A stretch of DNA of 64,000 nt from Planctomycetota bacterium (GCA_965223545.1 OZ245006.1:1376001-1440000), one strand, 5' to 3'. Numbered from the stretch's first letter, positions 38,051-48,529 are shown. A program made the numbers and translations. The notes: generated from the letters alone by a model not told the origin.

Positions 38051-39073
38051 ATGCGGTCACCAGTGGGCGAGCCGACCTTGGATCTCACCGCCGCGGCGGC
38101 CGCCGGCGCCGCCGACGACGAGCTCGCCAGCGCCTGGCGCGCGACGTTCGCCGAAGCCTGCCGGGAGCACGACATCCACGGCCGTCTCGACGGGCCCGCC
38201 GACGGCATGACCGTCGCCTTCGATGGGCAGGAAGGCGCTGCCAGCCCGTTGATCCTGGCCGCCTTCGTCGACGAGCTCGGCAAGCGCGGGGTCCGCGGCG
38301 GTCCGGTGCTGGTGGCCCGCGCGGCGCTCGACTCCGCGCAGCGCCGCCGCGCGAGCGCGGCGCTGGCGCACGCGATCGGCCGGCTGCGCACGCTGCTCGT
38401 CGAGTACAACTCCTACCTGAGCGGCGGATTGCCCTGGGTGTTCACCGATCCCGGCCAGCCGGCCGCCGCCCGGGGCCTGGCGATCTACCGATTTCCGGCA
38501 CGTGCCGCGGTCGACGTCGAAGCCGACGGCGATGCGGTGCGCATCCACGTGCACGCCGGCGATCTCGGTGAAGTGACGTCGTCGGGCTTCTGGGTGCCAA
38601 CGCTGCTGCGGGGCGACCTCGACATCCGGATTCGCTACCGCCTGCCGCGGTGGCAACCCGGCGCCGCGGCGAGCAACTTCGCCCTGTTCTTGCAGGACGA
38701 ACCGTCCGAGCAGCGCTACTACGCGCAACGGCGCGCCGCCGGCGACGGCACCCACGAGGTCCTCGGCAACTTCCACAACGACTCGTTCACCCGCACCGTC
38801 GCGGTGCACGGGGCCGCGGGTGGGTTGCGGCTGACGCGGAGCGGCGGGCAGGTCACTGCCTGGCACCGGACGCCCGACGCCGACTGGATCGAGCTCGGCA
38901 GCCGCGACGACGGCGATCCGCGCGACGTTCTACCCGGCGTGAAGATCTGGTCGAGCGGCGCGTGCGGAGCGCTGATCGCCGAGCTGCACGACCTGCAGCT
39001 GCGAGCCACCCTCCCCCCGGAGAATGCACAATTGGCCGCCGTGCCGATCCGACCCGACCCGCGCCACGGGTGA
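38051..39073 (+). CDS. Hypothetical protein, C-terminal beta-sandwich (ConA/lectin-like) region
   Basis: Long ORF; LRGDLDIRIRY and LRLTRSGGQVTAW...W motifs resemble ConA-like domains; start uncertain. Confidence 0.6.
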   Translation: MRSPVGEPTLDLTAAAAAGAADDELASAWRATFAEACREHDIHGRLDGPADGMTVAFDGQEGAASPLILAAFVDELGKRGVRGGPVLVARAALDSAQRRRASAALAHAIGRLRTLLVEYNSYLSGGLPWVFTDPGQPAAARGLAIYRFPARAAVDVEADGDAVRIHVHAGDLGEVTSSGFWVPTLLRGDLDIRIRYRLPRWQPGAAASNFALFLQDEPSEQRYYAQRRAAGDGTHEVLGNFHNDSFTRTVAVHGAAGGLRLTRSGGQVTAWHRTPDADWIELGSRDDGDPRDVLPGVKIWSSGACGALIAELHDLQLRATLPPENAQLAAVPIRPDPRHG

Positions 39074-39082
39074 GACAGGCTC

Positions 39083-39493
39083 CTACGGCCCGCGCAGCAG
39101 GGCGGCGCGGAACTCGTCGGAGATCGGCAGACGATCACCGGTGCGGTAGTCGAGCATGACGAGCACGGCGACGCCGCGGGCGTAGACGACGGCTCGATCG
39201 TCGGCGGCCCACGCGGCGTAGTGCATCTCGAAGCTGGTGTTGCCGACCCGCTCGGTGCGCGCGCCGATGCACACCTCTGTCGGCCAGTGCACCGGTGCGG
39301 CGAAATCACACTCGGCGCGCGCCAGGATCGGCCCCGCCGCCGGCGTGCCACCCGCTGCGACGCCGAGCGCCGCCAGGTAGCGCATGCGCGCTGCTTCGAA
39401 CCAGGTCAGGTAGCGGGCGTTGTTGACGTGGCCAAAGGCGTCTTGATCCCCCCAGAGCACGGGGATCCTCATCTCGAAAGGAAAATCGGTCAT
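39083..39493 (-). CDS. Acyl-CoA thioesterase (4HBT/YbgC family)
   Basis: DQDAFGHVNNARYLTWFEAAR. Confidence 0.92.
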   Translation of the reverse strand: MTDFPFEMRIPVLWGDQDAFGHVNNARYLTWFEAARMRYLAALGVAAGGTPAAGPILARAECDFAAPVHWPTEVCIGARTERVGNTSFEMHYAAWAADDRAVVYARGVAVLVMLDYRTGDRLPISDEFRAALLRGP

Positions 39494-39530
39494 TCGGCCG
39501 CCGCCAGAGCGCCCGCCCACGATACGCGAA

Positions 39531-39740
39531 GCTCAGCGCGGCCGGGGCCGCAACCAAGAACCGAGCGCACCGCGACAGTAGCGGAGCCCGCGAACCCAGC
39601 GGTGCCGGACCGCCACGCTGAGCGCAGACGCCAGTGTTGTCGTCGAGCCTCCGGGAGTTGCGGTATCGAAGTCCCGGCGACGACGTGCCTTCCGAAAGGT
39701 TGTTGCCGCTCGAACATTCTCGGACCCCGAGGCTCAGCGC
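39531..39740 (-). repeat. Modular intergenic repeat, locus 3 (module A, linker), inverted orientation
   Basis: Reverse complement of 39617-39738 matches 3819-3940; conserved TTGGTTGCGGCCNNGGCCGCGCTGAGC end. Confidence 0.9.
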
Positions 39741-39790
39741 GACCGTGGGACTTGCGTTGCCAGCGCGACTGATCTATCACCGCGCTGGCC

Positions 39791-40471
39791 TTGGTGCTTC
39801 CCTCTCCCAGCTACTGCCGCCGCGAAGCCTTCGACCTCTTCGTCGAGGCGCTTGCGGAACTCGAGAGCAGCGCGGGCCTGCTGGTGGCGGCCCTCGCCAT
39901 CGCCATGAACGAGCAACCCGACGTCGACGTCGAGGCGACCGACGCACAGCTCAGCCAGTGGGCACAGGCCGTGCGCAAGCGGGTCATCAGTGACTCACCG
40001 ACGGCTCTGCTGGCACACGCCCACGCCCTGCTGTTCGACGAGCTCGGCTTCTCCGGCAGCGCGCACGTCTTCGACGAACCTCGCTCCAGCTACTTGCCCG
40101 ACGTGCTGCGCCGCCGCACCGGGCTGCCGATTGCCATTTGTTTGGTCTACAAGCTCGTGCTCGAGCGCGTCGGCTTGACGGTCACCGGCATCAACGCTCC
40201 GGGCCACTTCATCGCGGCCGTCGACGACGGGCGCGGCCAGCTGCTGATCGATCCGTTCGCCGGCGGCCGGCTGGTCAGTCGCGACGACGCGATCGCCCGC
40301 GCCCGAGGGATGACACGAAGCCCGCGCCCCGCCGACGACATGCTGCTGCGGCCGGCCAGCCACCGCGAGTGGCTGCGGCGCATGCTGCGCAACCTCCACG
40401 CCCTGTTTTCACAGCGCGGCGACCGCGCGCAGCTGGGCGCCATGCTCGAGTTGAGCCACACACTCGACTGA
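39791..40471 (+). CDS. SirB1/transglutaminase-like core protein
   Basis: LGFSG, SYLPDVLRRRTGLPI, GINAPGHF, IDPFAGG, RMLRNL. Confidence 0.88.
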   Translation: MVLPSPSYCRREAFDLFVEALAELESSAGLLVAALAIAMNEQPDVDVEATDAQLSQWAQAVRKRVISDSPTALLAHAHALLFDELGFSGSAHVFDEPRSSYLPDVLRRRTGLPIAICLVYKLVLERVGLTVTGINAPGHFIAAVDDGRGQLLIDPFAGGRLVSRDDAIARARGMTRSPRPADDMLLRPASHREWLRRMLRNLHALFSQRGDRAQLGAMLELSHTLD

Positions 40472-40490
40472 ACGAGTCGGCGACGCCGCG

Positions 40491-41417
40491 CTACTTGAGG
40501 GGCAGCTCGAAGTCCGGGGCGCGGCACACCTGCCGATTGCGCAGGCAGTGCGGCAGCTTGAACAGAGCCGCCAGCGTCGCCTTGATGCAGACCCAGTAGC
40601 CACCGGGCACCGCGCGGATCGAATCGAACACGCCGATGGTGCCGACCGCGTCGGCGACGACTTCACCCGATGCACCCCCGGTCCGCCCGCGGCCGAGCCC
40701 CTTGCGCAGGAAGACGAACGGGAACGACAGCACCTTGCTCCACGGCACGTACTTGAAGGCGTAGATCCAGAAGTTGCGCACGTGGTAGTAGAGGCTGCGG
40801 CGGCCGTGCCGCATGCCGAACGGCGCCTTGTGGTGCACCACGACCGACGGCACCATCTTGACGCGATAGCCCAGGTTGAGCAGCCGCGCCGTCAGGTCGC
40901 GCTCGTTGCCGAAGATGAACAGCTCGACGTCGTAGTAGCCGGCTTTGCGCAGCGCCTCGTGCCGTGCCATGCTCGCACAGCCGCGGAACGTCGCCATGTA
41001 GCGCGGCCGGTTGTATGCCTCGGAATCGGCGAACCAGTCCGGCATCTCCGGCTCGAGCACTTTGGGCGACAACACGGCGGTGGTCTCCGGCTCGGCGGCA
41101 AACTCGGCCAGCATGCGCTCGACGTAGTCCTCGGCGAGGACCACGTCGTCGTCGAGGATGCCGACGAACTCCCCGACGGCGCTGGAGAACCCGATGTTGA
41201 ACGTCTCGCAAGCGCCGTATCGCGAGTGCGGCATACGGATCAGCTGCACCTCGGGAAACTCGGCGGTGACCATCTCCGGTGTCCCGTCGGTGCTGTCGTT
41301 GTCGACGACGATCACTTGCCGCGGCGCGCGAGTCTGCGCGCGGATCGCCGCGAGGTTCTCGCGCAGGTCGTCGATGCGGTTCCACACCGAGATCACCAGG
41401 GACACGTCGGCAGTCAC
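40491..41417 (-). CDS. GT2 glycosyltransferase
   Basis: VVDNDSTDGT, ILDDD, FIFGNERD. Confidence 0.9.
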   Translation of the reverse strand: MTADVSLVISVWNRIDDLRENLAAIRAQTRAPRQVIVVDNDSTDGTPEMVTAEFPEVQLIRMPHSRYGACETFNIGFSSAVGEFVGILDDDVVLAEDYVERMLAEFAAEPETTAVLSPKVLEPEMPDWFADSEAYNRPRYMATFRGCASMARHEALRKAGYYDVELFIFGNERDLTARLLNLGYRVKMVPSVVVHHKAPFGMRHGRRSLYYHVRNFWIYAFKYVPWSKVLSFPFVFLRKGLGRGRTGGASGEVVADAVGTIGVFDSIRAVPGGYWVCIKATLAALFKLPHCLRNRQVCRAPDFELPLK

Positions 41418-42157
41418 GCCAGCTCCTCGGTGTCGCGCAGCAAGTAGCGGTAGGTTCTCTCGACCGCCCGACGGACGGCGGTCAGCTCCGCCGGCCGCAG
41501 ATCGGCGAACAGCTCCGCGTAGCGGACCGCGGGGTCCTCGACGTTGACCGTGGCCGCATTGTCACGGTGCAGGATCTTCTGGGCGAAATCGTTGTAGGCG
41601 AGCTGGCTCTCGTAGGCGGCCAGCGCGTGCTGCTTGACCTCGGCTTGCTCGGTCACGTCGAACATCGTGCCGCCCATCACCACCTGGTTGACGCCGAACA
41701 ACAGCACCCGACACTCCGGCGGCAGCAGGTCGGCGGCTTCGGCGACGGCCGCCGCCACCGCGCGGTGATCGCGGTGGGCCTCCGAGAAGAAGAAGCTGTA
41801 CAGCGTGCGCGGCGCGCACTCGGATACCACCGCGCGCACGTGCTCGGCGAGCGAGGCGGCGTGCTCGGGCAGCGCGCCGTCGGGCAACCCGAAGCTGCGC
41901 ACGTCGTCGACGCCGAGGCGGGCCAACGCTTCGCGGCCCTCGCGGCGGCGGACCGCGGCAATGTCGTCATAGCGCCCGCCCGGATCGCCCGCCGCGCCGT
42001 CGGTAGCGTGCACGACGGTCACCGCGTGGCCCTGGTGACGATGCCAGGCCAGCGTTGCTCCGGCGGCGATCACCTCGTCGTCGGGATGGGCCACCACCAC
42101 CAGCACCGGCGGCGCCAGCTCCTCGCGCGATCGCAGCGGCGGAAACAAGTGGTTCAT
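41414..42157 (-). CDS. PIG-L/LmbE family deacetylase
   Basis: VAHPDDE, RRREG, HRDH, YESQ. Confidence 0.92.
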   Translation of the reverse strand: MNHLFPPLRSREELAPPVLVVVAHPDDEVIAAGATLAWHRHQGHAVTVVHATDGAAGDPGGRYDDIAAVRRREGREALARLGVDDVRSFGLPDGALPEHAASLAEHVRAVVSECAPRTLYSFFFSEAHRDHRAVAAAVAEAADLLPPECRVLLFGVNQVVMGGTMFDVTEQAEVKQHALAAYESQLAYNDFAQKILHRDNAATVNVEDPAVRYAELFADLRPAELTAVRRAVERTYRYLLRDTEELA

Positions 42158-43380
42158 CGGCAGACCTCGCGCGCGGCAGCATAGAGCGCTTGGTAGCGTT
42201 CCGCCGCATCCTCGATCGATGGGAACTTCGACGGGATCGCCGTCGCCAGCCGTGCCCGCCGCGCCGGTTCGCACAGCGAGGCCAGGGCGTTGCGCAGCGC
42301 ATCGGCGTCGCCCGCCGGCACGACCTCACCGCCGCCGCCGGCCACCCGTTCCGGCAACGCACCGGCGTCGGACACGACCGCTGGCACGCCGCGCGCCAGG
42401 GCCTCGTCGACGACCAGGCCGTAGGTCTCCTCGCACAGCGAGGGGAAGACGGCCAGATCGAGTGCGGTCGCCGGATGCTCACCGCCGACTTCGAAGGCGC
42501 CGTGGTCGATGACCCGCACCCCCAGCTCCGCGGCGCGTGCCAGCGTCGCACTGCGAAAGTCCCGGTCGAGAAAGCCCCCCGCGAGATGCAGCTCGGCGCC
42601 GTCCAGCCCGCGCATCGCCTCGACCAGCACCGACACCCCCTTGTCGGCGACCAGGTGACCGAAGGTGCCGATCCGCACCGGTGAGCCCTCGGCCGGCGCC
42701 GCTGCGCGCCGCTCGATGCGCTCCAACAGACCGTGCGGCACGACTTCGACCGCGACCGGCCACGGCAACAGCTGCGCCAAGCGGCGGGCGCAGGTCGCGC
42801 TCGGCGCGGTGACCGCCGCGGCAGCGCGCAGCTCACCGGCGACCTCACGGTCGCGGTTCGCGACCCCGAGCCGCAGCTTCCACAACGGCTCGCGCTCGAA
42901 CGATCGCTGCACGCAGGGGCCACACGCCTGGCGGTCGGTGCCCTCGGGACATGCCAGACCGTCCGGCGCGCGGCGAAAGAACCGCCCGCACGTCACCCAC
43001 AGATCGTGCAGCGTCGCCACCGTGGCCCGCCCTTCGGCCGAAGCGCGCCGCAGCAGACTGCTACTCAGGTTGGCCCAGTGATGGACGTGCACCAGCTCGA
43101 TGTCCCGCTCTCGCCACAGCCCGCTGATCACCGCCAACACACGCGGCCGCTCGATCTCCAGGCCGTAGCTCTCGTCGGCCTGGCGGGGCACGACCAAGAC
43201 CGGGATGCCGTCGACCTCGTGCCGGGTCACGTCCTCGCCCTGGTGCGGGCGCTCGCTGCCGGCGATGACGCAGACGTCGTGCCCCGCGGCCCGCAGCGCC
43301 CGAGCCAACGCGGCGACCACGCGCTCGGTGCCACCGCGAAACTCGGGCGGGAAGACGTTGCACATCAGCGCCACTCTCAT
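42154..43380 (-). CDS. GT4 glycosyltransferase
   Basis: FPPEFRGGTE, VHVHH, ETYGLVVDEA; ATGA coupling; similar to 33415-34746. Confidence 0.9.
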   Translation of the reverse strand: MRVALMCNVFPPEFRGGTERVVAALARALRAAGHDVCVIAGSERPHQGEDVTRHEVDGIPVLVVPRQADESYGLEIERPRVLAVISGLWRERDIELVHVHHWANLSSSLLRRASAEGRATVATLHDLWVTCGRFFRRAPDGLACPEGTDRQACGPCVQRSFEREPLWKLRLGVANRDREVAGELRAAAAVTAPSATCARRLAQLLPWPVAVEVVPHGLLERIERRAAAPAEGSPVRIGTFGHLVADKGVSVLVEAMRGLDGAELHLAGGFLDRDFRSATLARAAELGVRVIDHGAFEVGGEHPATALDLAVFPSLCEETYGLVVDEALARGVPAVVSDAGALPERVAGGGGEVVPAGDADALRNALASLCEPARRARLATAIPSKFPSIEDAAERYQALYAAAREVCR

Positions 43381-44294
43381 GGCGCCAGGATCTCCCGGAC
43401 GAACTGGCGCAGCTCGGCCCGCGCCGCGCGCCGGTGCTCCGGATCGCGATGACGCCGGCCCAGTGCGATCCACTCCTCACACGCCCGCCAACGCGCCACC
43501 AGCCGCAGCAGCGGCACCGACCACCGCCCGTAGTGCTTGCGATAGTACGCGATCCGGTTGCGGAACCAGGTGACGACGAAGCTGCGGTAGCCCTTGGTCG
43601 ACGCGCCGCCGTGGTGCGTGACCTCAGCCGCCGCCAGGTAGTGGATCCGGCGCCCGCGCTGCCAAAGTCGCTTGCACAGGTCGACGTCGTTGAAGAACAG
43701 GAACAGCTCCTCATCGAGCCCGCCCATCGCCAGGTACTCAGCGCGTGCCATGGCGAAACAGGCTCCCGGCGGCTGGTCGACATCACGGCTCGACTGGTGG
43801 TCGAAGTCGCGCATGTGGTAGCGGTCGTCGACCCACGAGCCAGGCCAGAACCGGGCCAAGAACGTGTCGTAGCAGAGTGCGGTCAAGAGCCCCGGAAAGC
43901 GCATGCAGGCACGCTGGACGGTGCCGTCTAGGTTGACCAGTTTGGGCGCCACCGCCCCGTGGCTCTCGTTGTCGATGAGGAAGTCGACCAAGCGATCCAA
44001 GGCGCCCGGATGCACATCGGTGTCGGAGTTGAGCAGGCAGACGTACTCACCGTTCGCGGCCTCCGCGCCCTGGTTGTTGCCGCCGGCGTAGCCGCGGTTC
44101 TTGTCGTTGCGCAGCAGGCGGACGCCGTCCAGGGCAGCGATCGCGTCGGCCGACCCGTCCTCGCTGGCGTTGTCCACGACGACGATCTCCCGCGCGTGGC
44201 GCGGCCGCTCGCGCAGCAGCGACCCCAGACATGCCAGGGTCAGCTCCCGCGTGTTCCACGACAGCACGACGACCGACAGCCGAACACTGCTCAC
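43377..44294 (-). CDS. GT2 glycosyltransferase (WbbL-like)
   Basis: VDNASEDGS, LLNSD, FLFFNDVDLC. Confidence 0.92.
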   Translation of the reverse strand: MSSVRLSVVVLSWNTRELTLACLGSLLRERPRHAREIVVVDNASEDGSADAIAALDGVRLLRNDKNRGYAGGNNQGAEAANGEYVCLLNSDTDVHPGALDRLVDFLIDNESHGAVAPKLVNLDGTVQRACMRFPGLLTALCYDTFLARFWPGSWVDDRYHMRDFDHQSSRDVDQPPGACFAMARAEYLAMGGLDEELFLFFNDVDLCKRLWQRGRRIHYLAAAEVTHHGGASTKGYRSFVVTWFRNRIAYYRKHYGRWSVPLLRLVARWRACEEWIALGRRHRDPEHRRAARAELRQFVREILAP

Positions 44295-45526
44295 CGGGGT
44301 CCGGTCTCCTGTGGCTGCGGTGACGCTCCCGAGCCACGGGCAGCGCCGTCCGGCGGTGGCGGCAGCCGCTCGAACTCGTAGACCCCGAGCTCTTCGGGCT
44401 CCCCGCCAGCGATGTCACACACGCGGAAGTAGAAGGTCGTCACGCCGAAGTTGTCGAACAGCTCATCGGACGGCGTCCAGCGATCGCCGCTGCCGAAGCA
44501 GCCGGCCGCCAGGTAGAAGCGCTGGTCGAGTGAGATCTCGACGACGAACCGCGCGGCCGGGCGCGGCAGCTCGAGCGTCGGCTTGCCGGTGCTCGGCGCC
44601 ACCCGACGCAAGCCGGGCTGCGGTGCGCGCGCCGCGCGCCGCTGACCCCACGCGCTCTCCAGCACTCCACGACTCAACCGTTGCAGCCAATCGCCCAAAC
44701 GCCCGTACCACTTGCGGTAGTAGAGCGCCCGGCTGGTCCAGTAGCGCGCCATCGCCTCGTCGGCGTTGGTCTGCCCCGAGCGGTTGTACAGGTGCACGAG
44801 CCGCGCGCCGGCGACCTGGACGATGCGCTTGCCCGCGCGGCGAATGCGGACCGACAGGTCGGTGTCCTCGTAGTACAGCGGGAAGCGTTCGTCGAAGCGA
44901 CCAACCTCCTCGAAGAACGCCGTCCGCATCAGGAAGCAGCAGCCCGACAGCATGTCGAGCTCGATCGGCTCGGATGCGGTCCACACCCGCACTGCCTCTC
45001 TCGTGCGCCGCTGTGAGTAGCGCCGCACTCCGGCGGCCCCCAAGCCGGCGCGCGTCACGCCCCAGAGATCGGCCAGCGTCGGCAGGATGTTGGGCGGCAG
45101 CCGGCAATCGAGGCCGCGATCCCAGAAGCCCTCCGGCGCCGCCGCTCCACAGTCCTCGCGCGCCTCCATGTAGCGCAGCAGCCGGTCGACACAGCCCTCG
45201 AGGAACACCACGTCCGGGTTGCTGATCAGCGTCCATCGCGTGCCGCGCGCGTGCCGGTGCGCCAGGTTCATGCCGGTCGAGTAGCCGCCGTTCTCGCCGT
45301 GCAGGACGAGCGTGCCACCGATGCGCGTAACGAAGCGCGTCGCTCGCTCGCGATGCTCCGGATCGTCCTGCGGGCTGGCGTTGTCGACGACCACGACCTC
45401 ATGCGGCATCACCGTGCCATCCGCGCGCCGCGGTGGATGGCGCAGCAGCGACTCCAGCGCCAGCGCGCAGACCCGCCAACTGTTGTAGTTGACGATCAGC
45501 ACCGAGAGCTCGGGAGCGGCAGTCAC
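44291..45526 (-). CDS. GT2 glycosyltransferase with C-terminal extension
   Basis: IVNYNS, VDNAS, SNPD, FDERFPLYYEDTD. Confidence 0.9.
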   Translation of the reverse strand: MTAAPELSVLIVNYNSWRVCALALESLLRHPPRRADGTVMPHEVVVVDNASPQDDPEHRERATRFVTRIGGTLVLHGENGGYSTGMNLAHRHARGTRWTLISNPDVVFLEGCVDRLLRYMEAREDCGAAAPEGFWDRGLDCRLPPNILPTLADLWGVTRAGLGAAGVRRYSQRRTREAVRVWTASEPIELDMLSGCCFLMRTAFFEEVGRFDERFPLYYEDTDLSVRIRRAGKRIVQVAGARLVHLYNRSGQTNADEAMARYWTSRALYYRKWYGRLGDWLQRLSRGVLESAWGQRRAARAPQPGLRRVAPSTGKPTLELPRPAARFVVEISLDQRFYLAAGCFGSGDRWTPSDELFDNFGVTTFYFRVCDIAGGEPEELGVYEFERLPPPPDGAARGSGASPQPQETGPR

Positions 45527-45586
45527 TGGAGGTTCATCGGATGGTGCAACGCACCGGGCTGAACCCGGCTCGGCCGCCCTCCCGGC

Positions 45587-46117
45587 TCACGAGCCGAGTC
45601 GGTTGCGGGTCTGCTCGAAGCTCCGCCGGTCCGCCTCCGTCTCCGGCCGCAACCGACCGAAGAAGCGCAGCTGCAACTTGGCCATCAGGTGGTTCTCCAT
45701 GTCCACATCCTGGCCATCGGGCTCCCAATCGTCCTCTTTCGGTTCGAACCCACCGGCCATGTTCTCGACAATCTGCCGCTCGACCTGCAGCCGAACTCGC
45801 CAGCCGGCTGCTTCTTCGTGCTCGAATTCGGCGTGCACGCGGCGCCGCACGCTGCCGCGGAACGGCATGGCCCGCGTGCGCCAGCGGGTCTTCAGCTGGC
45901 GCAGCCCGCGATCACTGGCAACCGGGTCGACGGCCATGCCATCGACCTCGACGATGTCGACCACCGCGCCCCACACGTCTTCGAACAGCAGCTCGCCAGC
46001 CGGCATCTCGCGCCACTCGACCTCACGCCACGGCGTGCAGGCACTCATCGCGAGCGCGGCGACGGCACACGACGCGATGCGGAGCAGGACTGCACCTTGA
46101 TGGCCGGCGATGGACAT
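45587..46117 (-). CDS. Hypothetical lipoprotein
   Basis: AVAALAMSAC lipobox-like signal; protein-like composition. Confidence 0.6.
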   Translation of the reverse strand: MSIAGHQGAVLLRIASCAVAALAMSACTPWREVEWREMPAGELLFEDVWGAVVDIVEVDGMAVDPVASDRGLRQLKTRWRTRAMPFRGSVRRRVHAEFEHEEAAGWRVRLQVERQIVENMAGGFEPKEDDWEPDGQDVDMENHLMAKLQLRFFGRLRPETEADRRSFEQTRNRLGS

Positions 46118-46199
46118 GGACGACTCCAGAATGCGCGGCGCCGGTCCAGTGTCAAGGCTGGCGCGGCGCGGGAGCTGCGCCGACAGTGGCGGCGAGCCG

Positions 46200-46880
46200 A
46201 TGCCTCCCCCCACCGACCTGCCGCTGCCCCGCGCGATGCTGTTCGACCTCGACGGCACGCTGGTCGACAGCCTGCCCGATCTGGCGACGAGCACCAACCA
46301 CCTGCGACGGGCGTTCGACCTGCCGCCGGTGACCGACAGCACGGTCCGCGGCTGGATCGGCGACGGGGCCCTGTGGCTGATGCGGCGCGCCCTGGCCGAG
46401 CGTGGAGACTTCGCGCCGCTCGCCGAGCGTGCCACGGCGGTGTTCGCAAACCACCACGCGAAGCAGTGCACGCAGCTAGTTCGACCCTACCCCGGAGTCG
46501 AGCGCTGCCTCGACCGGTGGCGCGCCGCCGGCTGCCGGCTCGGCTGCGTCACCAACAAGCCGGGGCGGTTCGCAACGGCCATTCTCGACCACCTCGGGCT
46601 GGCCCCACGCCTCTCCACCGCCGTGTTCGGTGACACTCTGCCAACCAAGAAGCCCGACGCCGCGCCGGTGCGGCACGCGCTCGCCGAGCTGGAGGTCGAT
46701 GCCGCGGACGCCCTCCTGGTCGGGGATGGGGTGCAGGACCTGCGCGCCGGCCGGGCCGCCGGTGTTCGCACCGCGGCGGTGCTGTTCGGCTTCGGCGACG
46801 CCGACCGGCTGCGCGCGGAGGGCGCCGACGAGTTCTGGCCCGCCTTCGGCGACCGCCGGCGGCCGAGCGGCGGCGACTGA
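46200..46880 (+). CDS. gph: Phosphoglycolate phosphatase (HAD)
   Basis: FDLDGTLVDS, VTNK, KKPD, VGDGVQD. Confidence 0.88.
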   Translation: MPPPTDLPLPRAMLFDLDGTLVDSLPDLATSTNHLRRAFDLPPVTDSTVRGWIGDGALWLMRRALAERGDFAPLAERATAVFANHHAKQCTQLVRPYPGVERCLDRWRAAGCRLGCVTNKPGRFATAILDHLGLAPRLSTAVFGDTLPTKKPDAAPVRHALAELEVDAADALLVGDGVQDLRAGRAAGVRTAAVLFGFGDADRLRAEGADEFWPAFGDRRRPSGGD

Positions 46881-46948
46881 GGCGAACCGGCTACCGCGCC
46901 GACCCGGTGTTGGTGTGGTCCGCCGAAGCGGCTACGGTTTGGCCCGCG

Positions 46949-48529
46949 ATGAACTTGGCGGCGGTGGCGCGCATGCTGGCGGGCTTCGCCCTCTTCTTCT
47001 CGTTGGCGCAGGCGATCCCCCTGGTGCTGGCGCTGGTCGAGGACGAGGGTCACGAATTCGACGCGCGGGCTGCGTTCACCGGAAGCCTCGCCGCCGGCGC
47101 CGTGCTCGCGTTCGCGCTGTGGCTGCTCGGCCGCCGCTGCACCGCCGAGTTCTACCGGCGCGAGGGACTCGCGGTCGTCGGCCTCGCCTGGATCGGCGCC
47201 GCCGCCCTCGGCGCTGTGCCGTTCGTGTGGGCGGGAGCACTGGCACCGGTCGACGCGTGGTTCGAGTCGGTCAGCGGCCTGACCACGACTGGTGCTTCGA
47301 TCCTGGGCGCGGCCGGCATCACTCCCGCGATCGAGGCGTTGCCGGACAGCCTGCTGCTCTGGCGCGCGATGCTGCAGTGGTTCGGCGGCATGGGCATCAT
47401 CCTGGTGTTCTTGGTGCTGCTGCCGGCGATGGGAGTCACCGGCAAGAACCTGCTGTCCTCCGAGCAGATCGGCATCGCCGACTCGAGCCAACGACCACGC
47501 CTGCAGGAGCAGGCACGCGCGCTGTTCACGGTCTACGTCGTCCTCACCGCGACCGAGGCGGTGCTGCTGCGCGCGGTCGGCATGGAGCGGTGGTTCGACT
47601 GCATCTGCCACGCGTTCACGACGATGGCGTCGGGCGGCTTCTCCACCCGCAACGCATCGATCGCCGCGTTCGACAGCGTGGCGATCGAGCTGGTCATCGT
47701 CTTCTTCATGTTCTTGGCCGGCACCAGCTTCGCGCTGCTGCTCGCGCTGGCCAAGAGCCGCTTCCGCGACTACGGCTCGCTGTGGGGCAGCCCGGAGTTT
47801 CGGCTGTACCTCGGTTTGACCGTCGGCCTGATCATCGCCAACACCCTGATCCTGTTCAGCTGGGGCGAGCCGATGCACGACGCGGCATCGGGGGGGATGA
47901 AGGACTACGGCGACTTCGGCACCTGCTTGCGCGACGCCACCTTCTCCGTGGTCAGCCTGCTGACCTCGACCGGCTACGGCAGCTCCGACTACCAGAACTG
48001 GCCGCACCCCGCGATCCTGCTGATGATGATGAGCATGTTCATCGGCGGCTGCTCCGGCTCGACCGCCGGTGGGGTCAAGGTCGTGCGCGCGCTCGTGGTG
48101 TGCAAGCTGATCGGCTACACCGTGCGCCACTACTTGCGGCCGAAGAGCGTCGAGAAGGTCAAGGTCGGCAGCACGGTCGTACCGAACGGCGTCATCAGTT
48201 CGATCGTCACGCTCGTGTTGATGGCGGGCATCTCGATCCTGGTCGGCGCGTTCGTGCTGGCGTTCGATTCCCGCCTCGACTTCACCTCCGCGCTGACGTC
48301 GAGCCTGAGCATGATCGGCTGCACCGGCCCGGCGCTGACCGACGTCCACCCCATCGGGGACGGCGCGTTCGAAGTGGTCAACCGCGTCGGCATCAACGTC
48401 GGGCCCTGCGGCACGTTCGGCACGATGACGGCGTTGTCGAAGATCACGATGACCTGCCTGATGCTGCTCGGCCGACTCGAGCTGCTGGCGCTGATCGTGC
48501 TCGTTCTCCCCGGGCTGTGGCGCCGCTGA
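46949..48529 (+). CDS. trkH: Trk potassium uptake membrane protein
   Basis: FESVSGLTTTG, QWFGGMG, TMASGGFS, FIGGCSGSTAGGVK, MLLGRLE. Confidence 0.93.
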   Translation: MNLAAVARMLAGFALFFSLAQAIPLVLALVEDEGHEFDARAAFTGSLAAGAVLAFALWLLGRRCTAEFYRREGLAVVGLAWIGAAALGAVPFVWAGALAPVDAWFESVSGLTTTGASILGAAGITPAIEALPDSLLLWRAMLQWFGGMGIILVFLVLLPAMGVTGKNLLSSEQIGIADSSQRPRLQEQARALFTVYVVLTATEAVLLRAVGMERWFDCICHAFTTMASGGFSTRNASIAAFDSVAIELVIVFFMFLAGTSFALLLALAKSRFRDYGSLWGSPEFRLYLGLTVGLIIANTLILFSWGEPMHDAASGGMKDYGDFGTCLRDATFSVVSLLTSTGYGSSDYQNWPHPAILLMMMSMFIGGCSGSTAGGVKVVRALVVCKLIGYTVRHYLRPKSVEKVKVGSTVVPNGVISSIVTLVLMAGISILVGAFVLAFDSRLDFTSALTSSLSMIGCTGPALTDVHPIGDGAFEVVNRVGINVGPCGTFGTMTALSKITMTCLMLLGRLELLALIVLVLPGLWRR

